NCBI GenBank assembly: GCA_951406725.2
Contig: OX597815.1
Coordinates: forward strand, 104,594,001 to 104,658,000
Reading direction: 5' to 3'
Length of the DNA stretch: 64,000 bases
DNA from: Octopus vulgaris
Taxonomy: Eukaryota
The translations under genes were made by a program, and so were the position numbers. This document shows, piece after piece, positions 25,250-40,085 of this stretch. Position 1 is the stretch's first letter, and every line of letters starts with the position of its first letter. The notes beneath the pieces were generated by a model. The model saw only the letters and a list, made by a program, of their open reading frames with translations. It had not been told where the DNA came from and searched no databases.

Positions 25250-25770
25250 TTCAGATATACATCTCAACAACATTTTGGCAATTAAAATGTTTCAGACACA
25301 GTATTACCTCTCTACCAAACAATATTACAGGGTAATCTAGCCTTAATATTTCATTAAAGCTTCATCTCTTCACAGCATTGTGCTATAGTATTAACACTCC
25401 AAATAATATCTTAGAATTAACACTCAACAACATCATGCTTACAGTGGTAACTTCTAGCAATTCTACTATAGTGTTAACCCTTAACAACACTGCATCAAAG
25501 TGTCAGAACTCAAGAGTACTATTGTACAGTATTAACTCAGAAATATAGTACAAGAATATTTAACTCTTAACAACATTATACAACAGCACTGGCACTCAGT
25601 ATTACCATAATTGAATCCTAGCTTCCATAGTACTGTATACAATAAGTTCATCATTATTATTTTATATCTACAATATTGTTCTTCAGTGTTAACTTTACAT
25701 CACGTTGTCTTAAAATTCAGCAACACTATACTACATTCATAACTCTCTTAATTTTTAACATTATTCTACT
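25250..25770. repeat. Degenerate ~28-bp minisatellite
   Basis: Recurring ...actatagt(g/a)ttaac(t/a)ct(c/t)aacaac... Confidence 0.55.
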
Positions 25771-25779
25771 ATATTAATG

Positions 25780-26770
25780 TAACCCATAATGTTTTTGTGG
25801 ACAACCTCAAGATTTATACTAAAGACATTAACAATGTCAAAAAAACCAAAAAAACCCCAGCTGGAATTAATAACATTTTCAGCTGATACAGGACTGGAAT
25901 TTGACCAAAAGAAAAGTTCATATTTGATTATTTAATGTGGAAAATCAATCCCTCAGACCCAAAATTTGTGCATCAATGTCTCACTATCTCTCTTATCCCA
26001 CAAAAAGAATGCTACAAGTACCTAGGTATTGATGAAAACATACTATTTACTAAGAAAATATAGAGTGACCTGAGAATATCATGCCAAACTTAAGAAAAAT
26101 ATGGCATCCAGAACTCTCTTCTTACAACAAGACAATATTCCACAATGCATTTGCAGTACCAGAGCTGATTCCAACATTTGGGATACTTGATTGGTCTGTA
26201 CAGAAAATCCACTCCATAGATATTAAAACCTGCCAGATACTGACATAACTGGAAATCTCTACAGAAATAATGATATAGACAGGCTCTACTTAAGAAGAGA
26301 TGAAAGAGGTAGAAGCTTCAAATCAGTGCAGATAGCCATTGAATGTCATATAGTCTCTCTCAGAGAGCGTTTCCTAAACAACAACAACAGAAAAAATAAA
26401 TACATTAACTTATTGCTGAAAAGAGTAAAGAACAATATTCTATGTGTCAGCAGTGAGCTCCTCAGGAAGCATTATCTTCCTGATGACCTCCCATACAACC
26501 TCAAACAGCTGGACTAACATACTTCAAAGAAGACCTGAATGTGAAACACTCAGCATACCAAAAAGAAGACCTTGTGTGAGTATCTTTCCCAAAGATTTGA
26601 AGAAGACTGTAAAATTGACATGAAACAAAACCTCTCTCGGACTGGTGACTGCTACATCACACCACACTTCAAAAGCTAAGCATTTGCAATCCAAGAACAA
26701 GAGATTACTACTAAACGCATAATAAACAAAAGAGACAGTGAAGCTGTTGGAGTTCCAAGATGTAACCTAA
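25780..26770 (+). mobile_element. R4/Dong-like RT/thumb fragment (distinct subfamily)
   Basis: FVDNLKIY, YKYLGIDE, ELSSYNKTIFHNAFAVP, DIDRLYLRRDERGRS, FAIQEQEITTK; disrupted. Confidence 0.85.
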
Positions 26771-29700
26771 AACCTAGCAGCTGCCCAGAAATGCCATCAA
26801 GGTACTACATTCCTAGCTCACTGCAGCACTATACAATAGAGGTGACTTAACTCCCCATAACACAGTGTTCATATTGATCACAATGCTGTACTTCACAACT
26901 ATATCTCATACTTGTTGCCCCATTAGTGTAACGTAAATAATTTTGCTTTCCCCATAAGAAGAGGACTGTACTATATCAGAGTATCAGTATATTCCTAGTA
27001 TCAGTAGTTCCACCCTGTCAATATTTCCAAAGTATTAATAACCCTAAAGCAGTTATATACTTCCACAGAATGAATTGTTCCACAGCAATAATATATATTT
27101 AAATAGTAGCAGTAATTTCGCAGCAACATTTATTTTGTAGTATCATATATTTCTACAAATTCAGTTGTTGAATGTCAGCAACAGCCTACTGCAGCATTTT
27201 TACTCTAATCTTCTCAGTAATTCTGTCTAATTAAAATTCATGCTTAACTGCCCTCTTACTACTAATGCATGTAATTCTTCATAAAACATTGTAACAGTAC
27301 TTTTTGTTGATCTCAACCAAATCATAGAACTAATGTCGCCACTGAATCAGTTGAATTATATAATAATATTAGCAACACTGACGTCTCAGTAGATTTATAT
27401 TTGTGTATTTTATGTGTGTACATCAGACAAATCTACTACACAGTGTTAAAAATATCCAGTCAATAAACTCTTTACAACTGACCAGTATTTGTGTAAGCCT
27501 TTCCTGCAAAATCAAGTGTTATTCACATGTATGTTAACAGAATTCATTCTAGTTATTTTGGTATACAAATACATGAGTAACAACCTATAGACAGATAAAA
27601 ATTGACTGTACTGAGTCAGTATGTTAGTTCAGAGGTAATGTAATAGATGGTGGGATTTGACTGGCTTTGCAGTTTAGAGATCAATTCTTATTTGAATAGT
27701 ATGTGTCACAGAGAGTTAAGATTATAGAATTGTGTCATTTAACATGCAAACACTAATATTGTGTTATTAAAAGTAAAGACGGTAGCATACTTGGTAAAAG
27801 TCATGATTATGGGGACTGTGCAACAAGGGTTGAATACTTGGGTTGTGCAACAGTTGTATCATCTGTGTTAATGAGAGTAAAAGCTTCTGCACAGTATTTT
27901 GAAAGTTCAAACTATACTGTAATTAAAAGTCGAAATTATAATACAGTTACCAATAAAGTATCTAATTGAGTCATTAATTTATCTAAGCAAAGTATTAAAA
28001 GTTTTGTTTGGTAAAGAAATTTCACTTGAAATGACAGTAAGAAGACACTTTTGTCAATGTTGAAGTTGTTGTTGAGCAGTTGCTTCAGTTGTTGCACGAC
28101 TCAAAAATTCTCTGCATAAGCAGATTTGACAAGAGTGTAACCAGTCAAATACTTATATGCCACATTTCAGTGTTTGGTATTATATCTCATACAAAGCTGC
28201 ACATTTTATCATGCAGCAGTTGTCATTCTGAGTTCTAATAGCATTAACATGGAATGTATCAGTTGAACATCTACTTGTCTAATTAAAGAATATGAGTCTA
28301 TCCTTGTCAAGGCAGACTTAATCAGTGGATGACAGTAATATTTGTTTTTTATACAGTTAATTTGAGAGAAGAGGGCAGGATTCATGATTTTTACTAGCCA
28401 TCATGGACAAGTGAAAATTAACCATTGGGGAGCAATTATATAGTCATTGACTTGCTAGAAATAACAACTAAAAAAAATCTCCCTAAAATCATATCCTGTT
28501 GTCTTAAAAAAAGAACAGACATATTGGATACTGCAATCTTTGATACACTGTCTGAAAATATCACAGAATAATTGTAGCTGGAACATCTTTGAGCATAGAT
28601 CTGCTTGGTTGAAGCTCACTTGAGGCTACACAACAACAAATAGGTGAAATGTAAGCCAGGTTAATTTAAACCAACTTCAATAATTAATTGAATCACATGA
28701 AGGGAATAAATCCTTATTAAATTTATAAAGTAAATCCTAATAGAGTATTTAAAAGTAAAAATTGGGATTTTATATAAAAATTGGAAGCTGCTTAAATATT
28801 TTGAGTAGAGGCATAAGAAAAGAGCTTCCAAGTTTTACCCAAACTGTGACTTAGTGCTTTACCACAATTAAGTGAACTCTAGCTAAGTTTGAAATTGAAC
28901 GTGTATGTTGGACACAGCTTCTTTAATCCTGCTTATTTCACCATAACAACTTCCTGTTTGGATAAAGCAGTTCACATCGTGTATAATTTCAACTTGTTCT
29001 CATAACCAGACACCTAAACCTTGTGTGCATCCTTGAATTAGCTAGTTTGCGGAAGATTAATGAAGTTAAATAACTTAGGAAAGTGATTTTTGGATACCAA
29101 AACATATTAAAAAACAAGAAAAAGATCGTTTGCTAATAAATTTTTGAACTTAGAATAAAAAAATAGATAAATATATGAAGTAATAAACAAATAGCATATC
29201 ATGTAACATATAATATAATATTAAAATTTTTCTCCAAAACTCCAAAGTTTTATTTCTCTTGGGAAAAATTCATACTATCTGTAGCCATATTTCTGCTAAA
29301 TTAATTCTAAAAACTCAATGATATTAAAACAGTTAAGATTGAGAAGCTAATTGCAAACACAGGAGAGTTAGCCTTATTTAATTTTGTATAATAGTCAACT
29401 GAATGGAAAGGACACAACTATGACATTCTTGTATAATTTTACTGATTTCAATGATTGGACTGTAGCCATACAGTGAAAGGCACTATCTTCAGTGGGGTAC
29501 ATGTGATTTATATCAGCTCAATATTTGTAGACTGGTACTTATTTTATTGGACTTGAAAGCATGAAAGTAAAATTAAGTTGGAGGACATAACCAAATACTA
29601 AAAGATTTTGTCTGATGGTCTATTAGATTTCCATCCTCCACTCTATATTGACATCCTCATATTCATCCTTTCCACCATCAGGATCATTCCTAAAACCATT

Positions 29701-30439
29701 ACCATTACTATTATTACCCCCTCCTCTCCCTCCTCCTCCTCCTCATCATCATCATTACCACCACCACCACCACCACCACTACTGCTACCACACCACTACC
29801 ACAATTTAATTTCCATTTTAATATTTAACTTTTCTTTCATGATTCTATACACCCATTTTCAATAATGGCATTTACAAAATCTCACTCAACTTATTACCCC
29901 CACCTACATGTATACTCGATGCATAATAGCTGTCAATTGAAACAGTCTGCAAAAAACATGTTTCTCCTACACAATTACAATTATTAACAACAGATATCAA
30001 TATGACAGAGAGCAATGAATATGAACACATAAACGAAGATAACTATTTTGAATTGGCCAGACAGGTTTATAAACATGTTTTATTTACATTTTTACTTCAT
30101 TGAAGCGCATGACAGAACAATTATTTCACCTACTCTTCCAATAATACTTTTAATCTTCATTATCAAAACTAATTGATATATTCTAAGAAAAAAAGTGTTC
30201 TTCTTTTTGTTGTTTAGTTCTAATTCTCAGTCACGACTCCAGTGGGATATGTCAATGTTGGGAAACCATGATCAGATGCGTTTTAACAGTAACCTATCCA
30301 ATCATTTATTTCAGACATTGTAAATTCAGGATTATTATACCATATGGCCTTCTTTATTGTTATTTAAGTAATGAATTGTTAGACCTCAGAATAAAATGTT
30401 TTGGGGCATTTTTTTCTAACTCTCTGATCATTGAATTCA

Positions 30440-31720
30440 AATCTGTCTGAGATAAAATAATGTACCAGTCCAGGCACTGATAGCATTAGAGCTGGAAAGA
30501 TCAGCATTGATGCAGCTACACTTTGTGAGACAAGTCAGGTAGAATAAATCAATATCAAAAATATGGGGTACATATTCTTTTAAAGGAAAAAACCAACAGA
30601 GCAAGAACATGTTCAATATTGGTTTTGCCATAAAAAGCAATATCATGACCAAATTAAAGAAGTAATGTCTATCATCAAACAGATCATAAATTTCAGAGAT
30701 TCCATCACAAAGGGTTGCTGTGTCATCTAGACTTGTGTTTACATTCCTACAATGATGAACCCTGATTGTGCAAAAGAGAAGTGATACAATATGCCTCAAA
30801 TTACTGTATGCAGTGTATCACAGAAAAACAAACAGATAATAATGGGTAATTTCAATGCCTGCATCACACAAAGCATATGGAAGTGGCTCAGAATTATTAG
30901 TACACATGATATGGGGAATTTTCAATTTCTCATCATTAACTCTGTCTTCAAGCAGAAGTAAGAACAGAAAGTGATCTGAATGCATTTGTACTCAAGAGCT
31001 GGTATTTCACTAATATTACCAGGACTACATCATAGCAGTGAAATAAAACAGAGTACATGCACACATTGCATGAATGATGAAATGCACAAACTATAATACC
31101 AAATGATTTAGTTAAAGATAAACTTCATAGTAGTTTCCAAATGATACAGGATCAGACCTTTCAAATCACTGAAGCTGCAAAAATGTAAGTTTGTTGATAG
31201 GATTACAAGAAAAGATATGAATAAAGCTCTGGCTTTGTGAGAAAAAAACCCCAACATAATAAGGAATGAAGATGTTTCTTACTTTACTCCACAGAATATA
31301 ACACAGCTGGAAAAGCGGCTTGGAAATCAACAAAAACATTAAAACTAATTAGATTGTGAGGACACCTCTCTTGTTTCACTATTAGACAACTGAACTAGAC
31401 AGAACTGCCTCCTTGTCCCAACACTCTTCTAAACTTTGTTAAATTCAAAGAAACTAGAAGATTGATCCACAAGGTGAATTTAAATCAGAAGGAAAACAAA
31501 ACAATTGAACTGGAAACTGATGCAGATTTCAATGGCATTTGTTGTTTCTATACTGAACTAAGGGAGATATACAGACATAAGAAAAGGAATGCTGCCCAGT
31601 TTATGATTCAAGTTTTCCAGGAAAAATTACATGTAACCACTTTGAAATACACCTTCTCTAAATGCTCAAAAATACTACCTTTCCACCACTAAGTCACTAA
31701 AGAACTATTTCATTGAACAG
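30440..31720 (+). mobile_element. RTE-clade LINE relic (APE endonuclease and linker)
   Basis: ALIALELE..IDAATLCET, GYIFF, IGFAIK, MGNFNACI, IINSVFKQK, ELETDADFNGICCFYTELREIY. Confidence 0.75.
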
Positions 31721-33349
31721 GATAAAGGCAAGAATAATCAGTCATGTTAATTGTAGTAAATTGATTTGAAGTTAATCAAACAACTGTGAAGTAAGTTGAA
31801 GTTGAAAAAAATCAAACAACTTATAAGGCAATCTAGGAATATCAATTATTGAAGGAATTTGAAGATAATCAGTGACACAGCATTGAGATAAGTTGGTGAA
31901 ATAGGAGAATGTCGAAAGTTGCTGGAAGATGAAAAGGTAAGCAGTAGAGGAAGTAAGAGGTAATTCTATGAACAATAATAAATCTGTATAATCTGTTAAA
32001 ATTAATTTTTCCAACAATTAGTCACTTTTATACATGTTCTTCAAACAGTATTTAGTTTTATAGATAATCAATTAATCTCATTTTTACTAACAACTAGACT
32101 GTTATATAAAAGAGAAACTAAATGAAGAAACCTGAAATTAATCAATTAAGCAATTATGAGTTAATATGCAAATTCCAGTGCCAGTTAAGAATGATAACAA
32201 TAACTTTGAGATAATTAGTCAGACAACCTAGAAGCCACCAATAGTTAACCAACCGTCCAAACAAGTGTTAACATGCCATACATTCTCCAGTTAACAAGTC
32301 TTAAAATAAAAAGATAACCTGGAGATAAGCTGTTTAAATGTAAATGAGTCAATAAACTGCCATTGAAACAATGAAACTTGAAGATAGAGGTCTCAGTAAT
32401 ATGGTGATAAGCTTACATGCATCATTGACCAATTTTCTTTACTCTTTTACCTTCACTGCTATTATAGAATTTAACTAGCCAGTTATATTGCTGCAATACT
32501 CTCTGTATAAAATCTTACTGCATATATCAGATATAGTTTTCTTCTCATTTGATTTAATTTATAGAGTACATTCTATACCTAAGTATTGCCACTAACATTT
32601 ATTTATGTTTCCTTACAATCCATGATACACTTTAGACAATTCTAAGATTTTGGATTAAATCCATAATTCTTGAAAATTAGATTTTTACAAAATTATTTTC
32701 AGATTTTCTTTTTACACAATCTGACAAATTTCTCTGGGTTCTTTTATTGCATACTTTACAAAGATCATCAGATTTTTTTGCTATGCATTATTCCCTTTCT
32801 CCTTCTAATTTTTTTCAGGCTCAAGTTCATATCCTTTCCTACTTTGAGATTGGCCTTCACTTATTTTCTTTGAATAGAATACTGCCTTTTCCACATCTTT
32901 CTCTTCAATGTGGTTCTCATCCTTTTACACATAGTGTTCAGATACCATTAAACATTTTTTTTTCTTTTTGTTCATTTCACTGTTTTCTAATGCATATATC
33001 CCTATTCACAATATAAATAAACTTGCTTGTGTACAAAACAAATGATTCTGTAATGATTCCTTCTCACATTTATCTGTCATTTTTTTCTGAACTCATTCCA
33101 AATTCTCTCGTAACTATTCTAGAGCTTATGGTTTCTATGAGGCTTTTGTTGACCTGATATTTTTTATCTAGGTTTCTATTTCCAGCTGAAATCTCTGTTC
33201 TTATTATTTTGACTGTTTACAATTACTACTACTACTATTCCATTTATATATTTTTTATTTTGGCCAGAATCTTTTCGAAATTACTCTTATAAAGTATTTT
33301 TACAGTGTAATTTTGTTGTTCAGTTTTTATCATAGTTAGCTCTTACTTG

Positions 33350-35020
33350 AAGCATGTGACCTTCAAAGGAACTGATTACAGAGAGAAATAGATTAGAGGA
33401 AGAGCAAGTGAATAAGCTACAAGAGGCAATTAACAAAGGTATTGTGACTAATGTATTAGTGGCAAGAAGGGGCTATGACCATTTCTTCAGTGCAAAACAT
33501 GATTGCTGCATGGTCAGAACTAGAGCTCACATGCTAAAATAAGATGGAATGAAAACTATTTGATAGGCATCGTTGGTAGAGGTACTACATAGTAACAAAG
33601 CCACAATTTGGTCTTTGGCAGATTGGAACAGGTACATACTACTCAGTTTTGAGCAAATGTGTGTAATGTTCCAGCAGCACTTTGTTCTATTGTTCAGAGT
33701 GGGTGAGTTAGAGGCAGTTATGGACCTTAGCACTCACCTTAACAGCCTGCCAAAAATCCTCAGAGAAGTCACAAAACACTATGAAAGGCCAATAACAGTA
33801 ACTGAAATACAAGAGATATTGGGTGGTTGTGCAAGGAACAAATTACCTAGTCTGAAAGATTTGTCCTATGAGTTTCATATTCTAATGCCAGAACAAATAT
33901 CTAATGCAACTGATGGCAAAAGAATGGAATAATTGGTGTATTAATGCTGCTGAGTAAAGATACAAACAAAATGGAGTTGGGATTGGTAAATTTCCAGTCC
34001 ATAAACCTGCTAATTGTTGAGTTTAAAATTTTGGTCTAAGTGTTAGCAAAGAAGCTTGTGCTTGTTGTTTGTGGTTTGGGCAAGGAAACACAAACAAATG
34101 TGATCTCCTAAAGATCCGCCCTCTACAGCCTCTACCTCACACAATACATTATAGTAAGGGTGTAAAACCAACCTGGCTTTGGTTAATTTGGGTCAGTCAA
34201 GAGTTTTCAGTAGTGTTGACCATTGCTACTTGGTGGTTTTGGGCCTGTTTTTCAGATGCTAGATCACAGATATGCATAGTGATACTTGCTCTATGGTCAA
34301 AGTGCATAGCCACTTCCTGGAATCACTTCCTGTTGCATGGTTGGTCCATCAGGATATCATCTCTCCTCTTTTCTATACTTACTGTCTCTCATGTAATTAT
34401 TATGGAAGCTACAATTCTTGAGTAGCATTCTTTCAAGCTGGGGTGCACAATAGTTGTGTCAATATAAGTAGATGGTGTCATCATAATGATGTTGGACACC
34501 GTAGAAGTAAAGATAGTCAACACCATTCTAAAGGAATACAATGCAAATATGAGGTTGAATAAGTTGATGTCTTTGCAGCTTGGCACCGGGAGAGGAAATT
34601 TATTCTACTCCTTTGAGCAGTGTAGTAAATCAATGTACAACAAGAATGGTTAAATTGCATTGCTCAGAATCAGGTTCAGACCAGACCTCCAGGTGGAATG
34701 AGATTACAAGCGGAGTAGCCAACTTCAATCAGAATAGGCTGAAAGGAAGCTTTCCCTGAAAAGTTGAGCAGAAGTGGTGAATGCCTACATTGTCTCCATC
34801 ATAACTGACTACCTGATCATTGTGCCTCATCCCAGGCATCACCTAACCATATTGGATCATACACTTCCTGCTTATTTAGTTCCATTGATTAGACATCAAT
34901 TCATTTATTGCTAGCACCCCCAGGTAGGTAGGTTCAGCATTCAATTAATGCTGATGCACAGGCATAGCCAGTGTCTGTATCACCTGCAGATTTTCTTACA
35001 TGAAGAGTAAGTGTAGGCAC
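33350..35020 (+). mobile_element. Tx1/L1-clade LINE RT relic
   Basis: PITVTEIQEILGGCARNKLPSLKDLSYEF (KSPGxDGLxYEF-like) and NFQSINLLIVEFKIL (NWRPITLLNxDYKIL-like); many stops and frameshifts. Confidence 0.8.
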
Positions 35021-37649
35021 ATTTTTTTCTGCAGTTTTTCCTGTGTCAGAAGGACTGTATCATCCATGTGCTATGGATCTGTGCCATATGTTTTCTTTAC
35101 TAATGTGATAATATTTATACATTCATATAGTTATTTTAGTTAAGATTGGATATTCTATCCATTAATTATCAATAACACAAGATTATTCTATGGTTGTTGT
35201 CTGCCATATGTTCTTCTACATAAGTTATGGTCTCCTTAGACCTGGTTAAAATTACAGTTTTTCTAATGCCTTTGTATTCTTTAATTTTTTTATTCTTTTA
35301 CTGGTTTAAATCGTTGGACTGCCTAGGCACTGACTCAAGGATTTATGTCAGCTTTTTTCAAGCTCAGTACTTTGTTATCAACTTATTTTTATCAAACTTG
35401 TTACAGATAAAAGATAAAAATCAATCTGAGCTTATATGGACATGACTCAGGTGGCACACAATATCAAAAAGCAATGTTTGTACTAATTATCAATTAGTGC
35501 ATTTTCTACTAAACTTGATCATGTAGTCATTTGATAAGGTCCTTTATAAGTGGTTCTGCTGTGCTAGAGTAATTTTTACCCTGTAATTCAGTTTCATGAT
35601 ACAACTGTCAATCATCTAACACACACACACACACATACACAAACACACACACATCCACACAGACACAAACATACACACACTAACACATGTACACACGCAT
35701 ACTAATACATGCACACACACATGCTAATATATGCACACACACACAAACATGCACACACACACACATACACATTTTTGTACAGATTTTTGAATCACCATAA
35801 TATTTGACATTGTGACACTGTCCACACACAACCTGGATATTTCTTCATTGTCTTTGATGCCAATATACTTCTACTTTCACTGACATTCTACAACCACCAC
35901 AATATTGACATAATGTGTCCTTCATCTAGTTCTGCTACTCCTACTAATATATTGATCAATGCTATTCTATACTTAGAAACTCCTTTATGCATCCCTATCT
36001 AAATTTCTTGATACATTTATGTAATTTTCTATCACCAACCTTGCAATTTCTTATCCAAATCTTTCTTGCCTAGAACTTAAGTTATATGTAATTCTTTTTT
36101 ATGCCCAGGGTACCCCAGATTTGACTTGTAGAATTTCAACATGAACAGAGACGAGATCTTCATCATTAGTACATCTCCAGGAGAATCCTGCAAGAGTTTA
36201 TTTTTTCTTAGACTAATTGATAAAAAGAAAATATGCAGAATCTAACAAGAGAATATTGCACAAAGTTAGAACTGAAATATGAGTTCTTTCATTGTGACAA
36301 AGAGTGTTTTTAAACCTCTACAAACAAGAAATGTTATTTATTGTACTAGGAAAGTAAACTGATAAATACACATATATGAGTAAACTCTGATAAATATACA
36401 GATATAAATATACAGATATAATTTCAAAGTGATAAAGTGGAATGCAATATGAAACATTCCATATTTTGTCCAAGGAATATCAGCAGAAATTAGAAATACG
36501 GTTTTAGATAATGACAAATTCAATGAAATAAGCAAGTAGTAGAGCTAAAAAAGTCATATATGCTGAGTTGACTTATATAACCTGTATGATAACAACCCTA
36601 CCTAGTTATAATGATGTCTATGAGGTGCTAATATCTCTCAGAAAGCTTGCAGCCTCTCTATGATATACAAAAACAGCAAGAGGAAGAATGAAAATTACAC
36701 TTACCTAGACCCAGAATGTAATATTTTAGTAGAGGGGAAGTAGGAATTAAGAGTCAACATCCATTGACAAGGTTACAAAAGGAATTAACAATTTTATGTC
36801 TCAAATATAAGAAAATATGACAGTAATAACAACAATTATAATACTAATCGTAAAATTGATTTCTTACACAAATTTATAGGAGAAAGGAGTATAGTAGGCT
36901 CACAATATGATACAGAAACTGTTATAAACCTCACAAAAGGAAAGCCAACAGAATAATTATTCTGGATGCTGGCCTATAGTCAATGTCTCATATCGATATA
37001 TATGATGACACAATAAATGTAATTACATAAGGAGAAACTCAAAATCAAATTACAAACCTAAAAGCAATGATTTTCATTTGATATGTACTATATTTATTCA
37101 CAAGTCAATGAATAATAAAACAAGTTCATATATTACAAAACAAAATACCACCTAATACCAAATAAGATATCAATATTCTTTGTACATTTGTGTCAATACT
37201 AGTAAGCAAAGAAACACATGAGTGAAATTAAGATAGAACACTTGGTTAATGGTCAAATATAAATATTAACTAAACTGACAATGACCTTTGAGAAACCAGT
37301 CTATGAAAAGAAATACACTAGACAGAGGTGGTTGATATCAAATGTATCAAGTTATTGAAGCATTCATTAATTAAATTCTATGGGAAAATCACACAGATCA
37401 AACTTATCATATAAGAAGCAAAAGTAAATAACCGAAATATAAAAATTTATGTAGGTTGTAATAGGTTGGCTAATATAAGGTGACATATCACAAGAAATAG
37501 CTTGATATCAAAGGCAAGCCAAGTAAATATAAAGGGGAAATGGAAAACTACCTAGGTAAGAATGAAAAATACATGACAGGACAATACAAACAAATGAAAG
37601 CAGGAGGAGCTAAAATGGATCTATGAAGACTAGTTCTACCAAAAACATT

Positions 37650-38099
37650 TGACTACAGGACCATCACAAAATGTATTAAAACAATAACAAATAACCAGAC
37701 AGAAGATGAATGCATGTACAGAGAAGATACGTACATCACAATGATAAATATAATACAAAGCATTAGAAGAAAACTAGAAGAGAATAAGGTTACCCCAATT
37801 GAAGAGAGACCACACATAGGTAAGATCCACTATAATATAAGGAATAAAATATTAATATAATAAGTCAGTAAAGCACTTATATTAAAAGGACAAAATGTGA
37901 TAAGCATATCTACTATCATCCATTTAATGTAGGCAGCAAACTGTGGGAGTTGGCATTAATCCGACGCATGACAAACAATCAAAAACAAAAGTATGACAGA
38001 AAGAAAGAGACACAGACAGGCAACATAACCTATATAAGAAGAAAATGTTGGAAAAGAAATGAATCTAAGGATACTAACACAGAAAAGGGTGTTTATGAG

Positions 38100-38135
<36 letters not shown>

Positions 38136-38330
38136 CTTTTAAATATTTCATAAACAGTAGTATTGTAAAAAAAGGTAAAAAAGAAAAAAAACAACAAAAT
38201 TAAACAGGATTATAAGAATATATGCCACATAGTTGACGATTTCATCTGACAGAATAAAAAGATTTGGATAATGATTGAAATATTTCTCAAAATGAAAATA
38301 ATAAAAGAATAGAAATCCAGAGGATAGAAA
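37650..38330 (+). mobile_element. Possible N-terminal fragment of an R4/Dong-like ORF
   Basis: PIEERPHIGKI...VSKAL...HLM*AA and RIIRIY...*QNKKI resemble the pre-RT region. Confidence 0.35.
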
Positions 38331-38549
38331 GAATATTCTGTATTATTTCTATCAATGACGAAGTAAAAGACTTGGTAGTTTAATTTCAGGTTAGGTGATC
38401 CTTATTAATGGAGCTGGGTACTTTGAAAGCATTGAAAGTAATAGTTTATAACAATAACCTAATTATGTATTATTACTGTTTTATCAGCCTCAGACATTAC
38501 AATTGTAATAACTTGTCAAACAAAACATACATTTTTTTATTTTTCTCTG

Positions 38550-38860
38550 CAACTGTACCTACACACAATATATGCACTTAAAAACAACAGCTGTATCTAC
38601 ATGACTGTGGCATTGTATAGGCTGTACCTGCATAAAATAGCAGTGCCTAGACATCATAACTATACCTACACAACATAGCAGTACCTACACAACATAACAG
38701 TATCTACCACAGCTGTACCAACACAAAACAGCTAAATCTAAACAACATAGCAGTACATACCATAGTCATACAACATTGCAGTACATACACAACATAGTAG
38801 TGCCGCTGTACCTACACAACAATGCAAAAATTACACAACAAAGCTGTACCTACACACTCC
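38550..38860. repeat. Degenerate 19-bp minisatellite (gcagtacctacacaacata)
   Basis: More than 10 variable copies visible. Confidence 0.85.
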
Positions 38861-38874
38861 AGTGATTCATAATA

Positions 38875-39080
38875 ATGGTTTCTGATTAAAACATAAGGTC
38901 AGAAATTTTGAAAGGAGAGTATTACCCCAGTACTTAATTAGTACTTAATTTTATCAAACCCCAAGGTAGGAAGGTAAAGATGATCCCTGCAGAAAATTGA
39001 ACTCTGAACATTAAGAGCCAAAAGAAATAATACAAAGCACTTTTTTTGATACTCTTATGATTCTGTAGGTTCACTGCCTT
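38875..39080 (-). mobile_element. Degraded tRNA-derived SINE
   Basis: ccccagtactt...ggtacttaattttatc...ttgaactctgaac...cactgcctt. Confidence 0.75.
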
Positions 39081-39091
39081 GGCAGGTATAC

Positions 39092-39164
<73 letters not shown>

Positions 39165-39166
<2 letters not shown>

Positions 39167-39648
39167 TGTTTTGTCTTGGTATAAAAGATGGGCTACAGCA
39201 AATATTCTGCTCAATACCACAGATTTGCTTGTCAGTTGTTTGGCCTTAACCAGTTGAGCATGTCCCTTAGTGGCTGACGATATGTGCATCTCTGATCACG
39301 AGCAGAAATAGTGGGGGAGCATCATGGCCATGTGTTGAGAGGGATTCTTTGGGGTTTGAATAACTCACCTCTGGAAACATAGGTGTTTCGTTCAACATCC
39401 TAAAGCAACCCTTATTCAGGGACCTTTTGAGCAGGATGGGCTACTCAACCTGAAGAAAATTCTAACTGGGCCCCACCTGCAAGGTCATGTGCTGTTTATC
39501 TTGATATGAGATCACCATGTCGTGCACATATGGTTGTGATGCATGTGCCTGGTGTACCTTTATCAGACGGGTAGTCATGATGGGTATATTGGGCTTCGTA
39601 TATTTTACCCCAGTGTCACTTTGATGGCATGAACTACTCTCTCACTCA
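39165..39648 (+). mobile_element. 5'-truncated ~550-bp TAA-bounded element
   Basis: Colinear with the 20902-21430 copy from about 20972 onward; (TAA)n on both sides. Confidence 0.92.
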
Positions 39649-39814
39649 ATAATAATAATAATAATAATAATAATGTATTTGTATTCATCATCTTAGTCCA
39701 TTTTGTTCTGGCAGCTATATAATGATGACCAGCTATATAATGATGTGTTGCTCACCTACAGAGCACCTGCTTTGTGAAAGTCCATCACCTGTAGTTCCAT
39801 CCTCATTTACACTG

Positions 39815-40046
39815 TTGATTTCAAATTTTGGCAAAAGGCCAGTAATTTTAGGGGTAGGAGAACAGTTGATTACAACAACTCCAGTACTCAACAGGTATTT
39901 ATTTTATCGATTCTAAAAGGATGAAAGGCAAAGCTGATCTTGGCAGAATTTGAGCTAAGATTGTAACAGATCGAGAGAAATGCTGCTGCTATTTATTTTT
40001 CCACTGTGCTTCTGATTCTGTCAGTTCACTGCCTTGATAGCTGTAT

Positions 40047-40085
<39 letters not shown>

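Noticed and set aside
26478-26515. CTGATGA...AAACAGCTG hammerhead-like string
   Set aside because: It lacks G12 and stem II, and lies inside Dong coding sequence.
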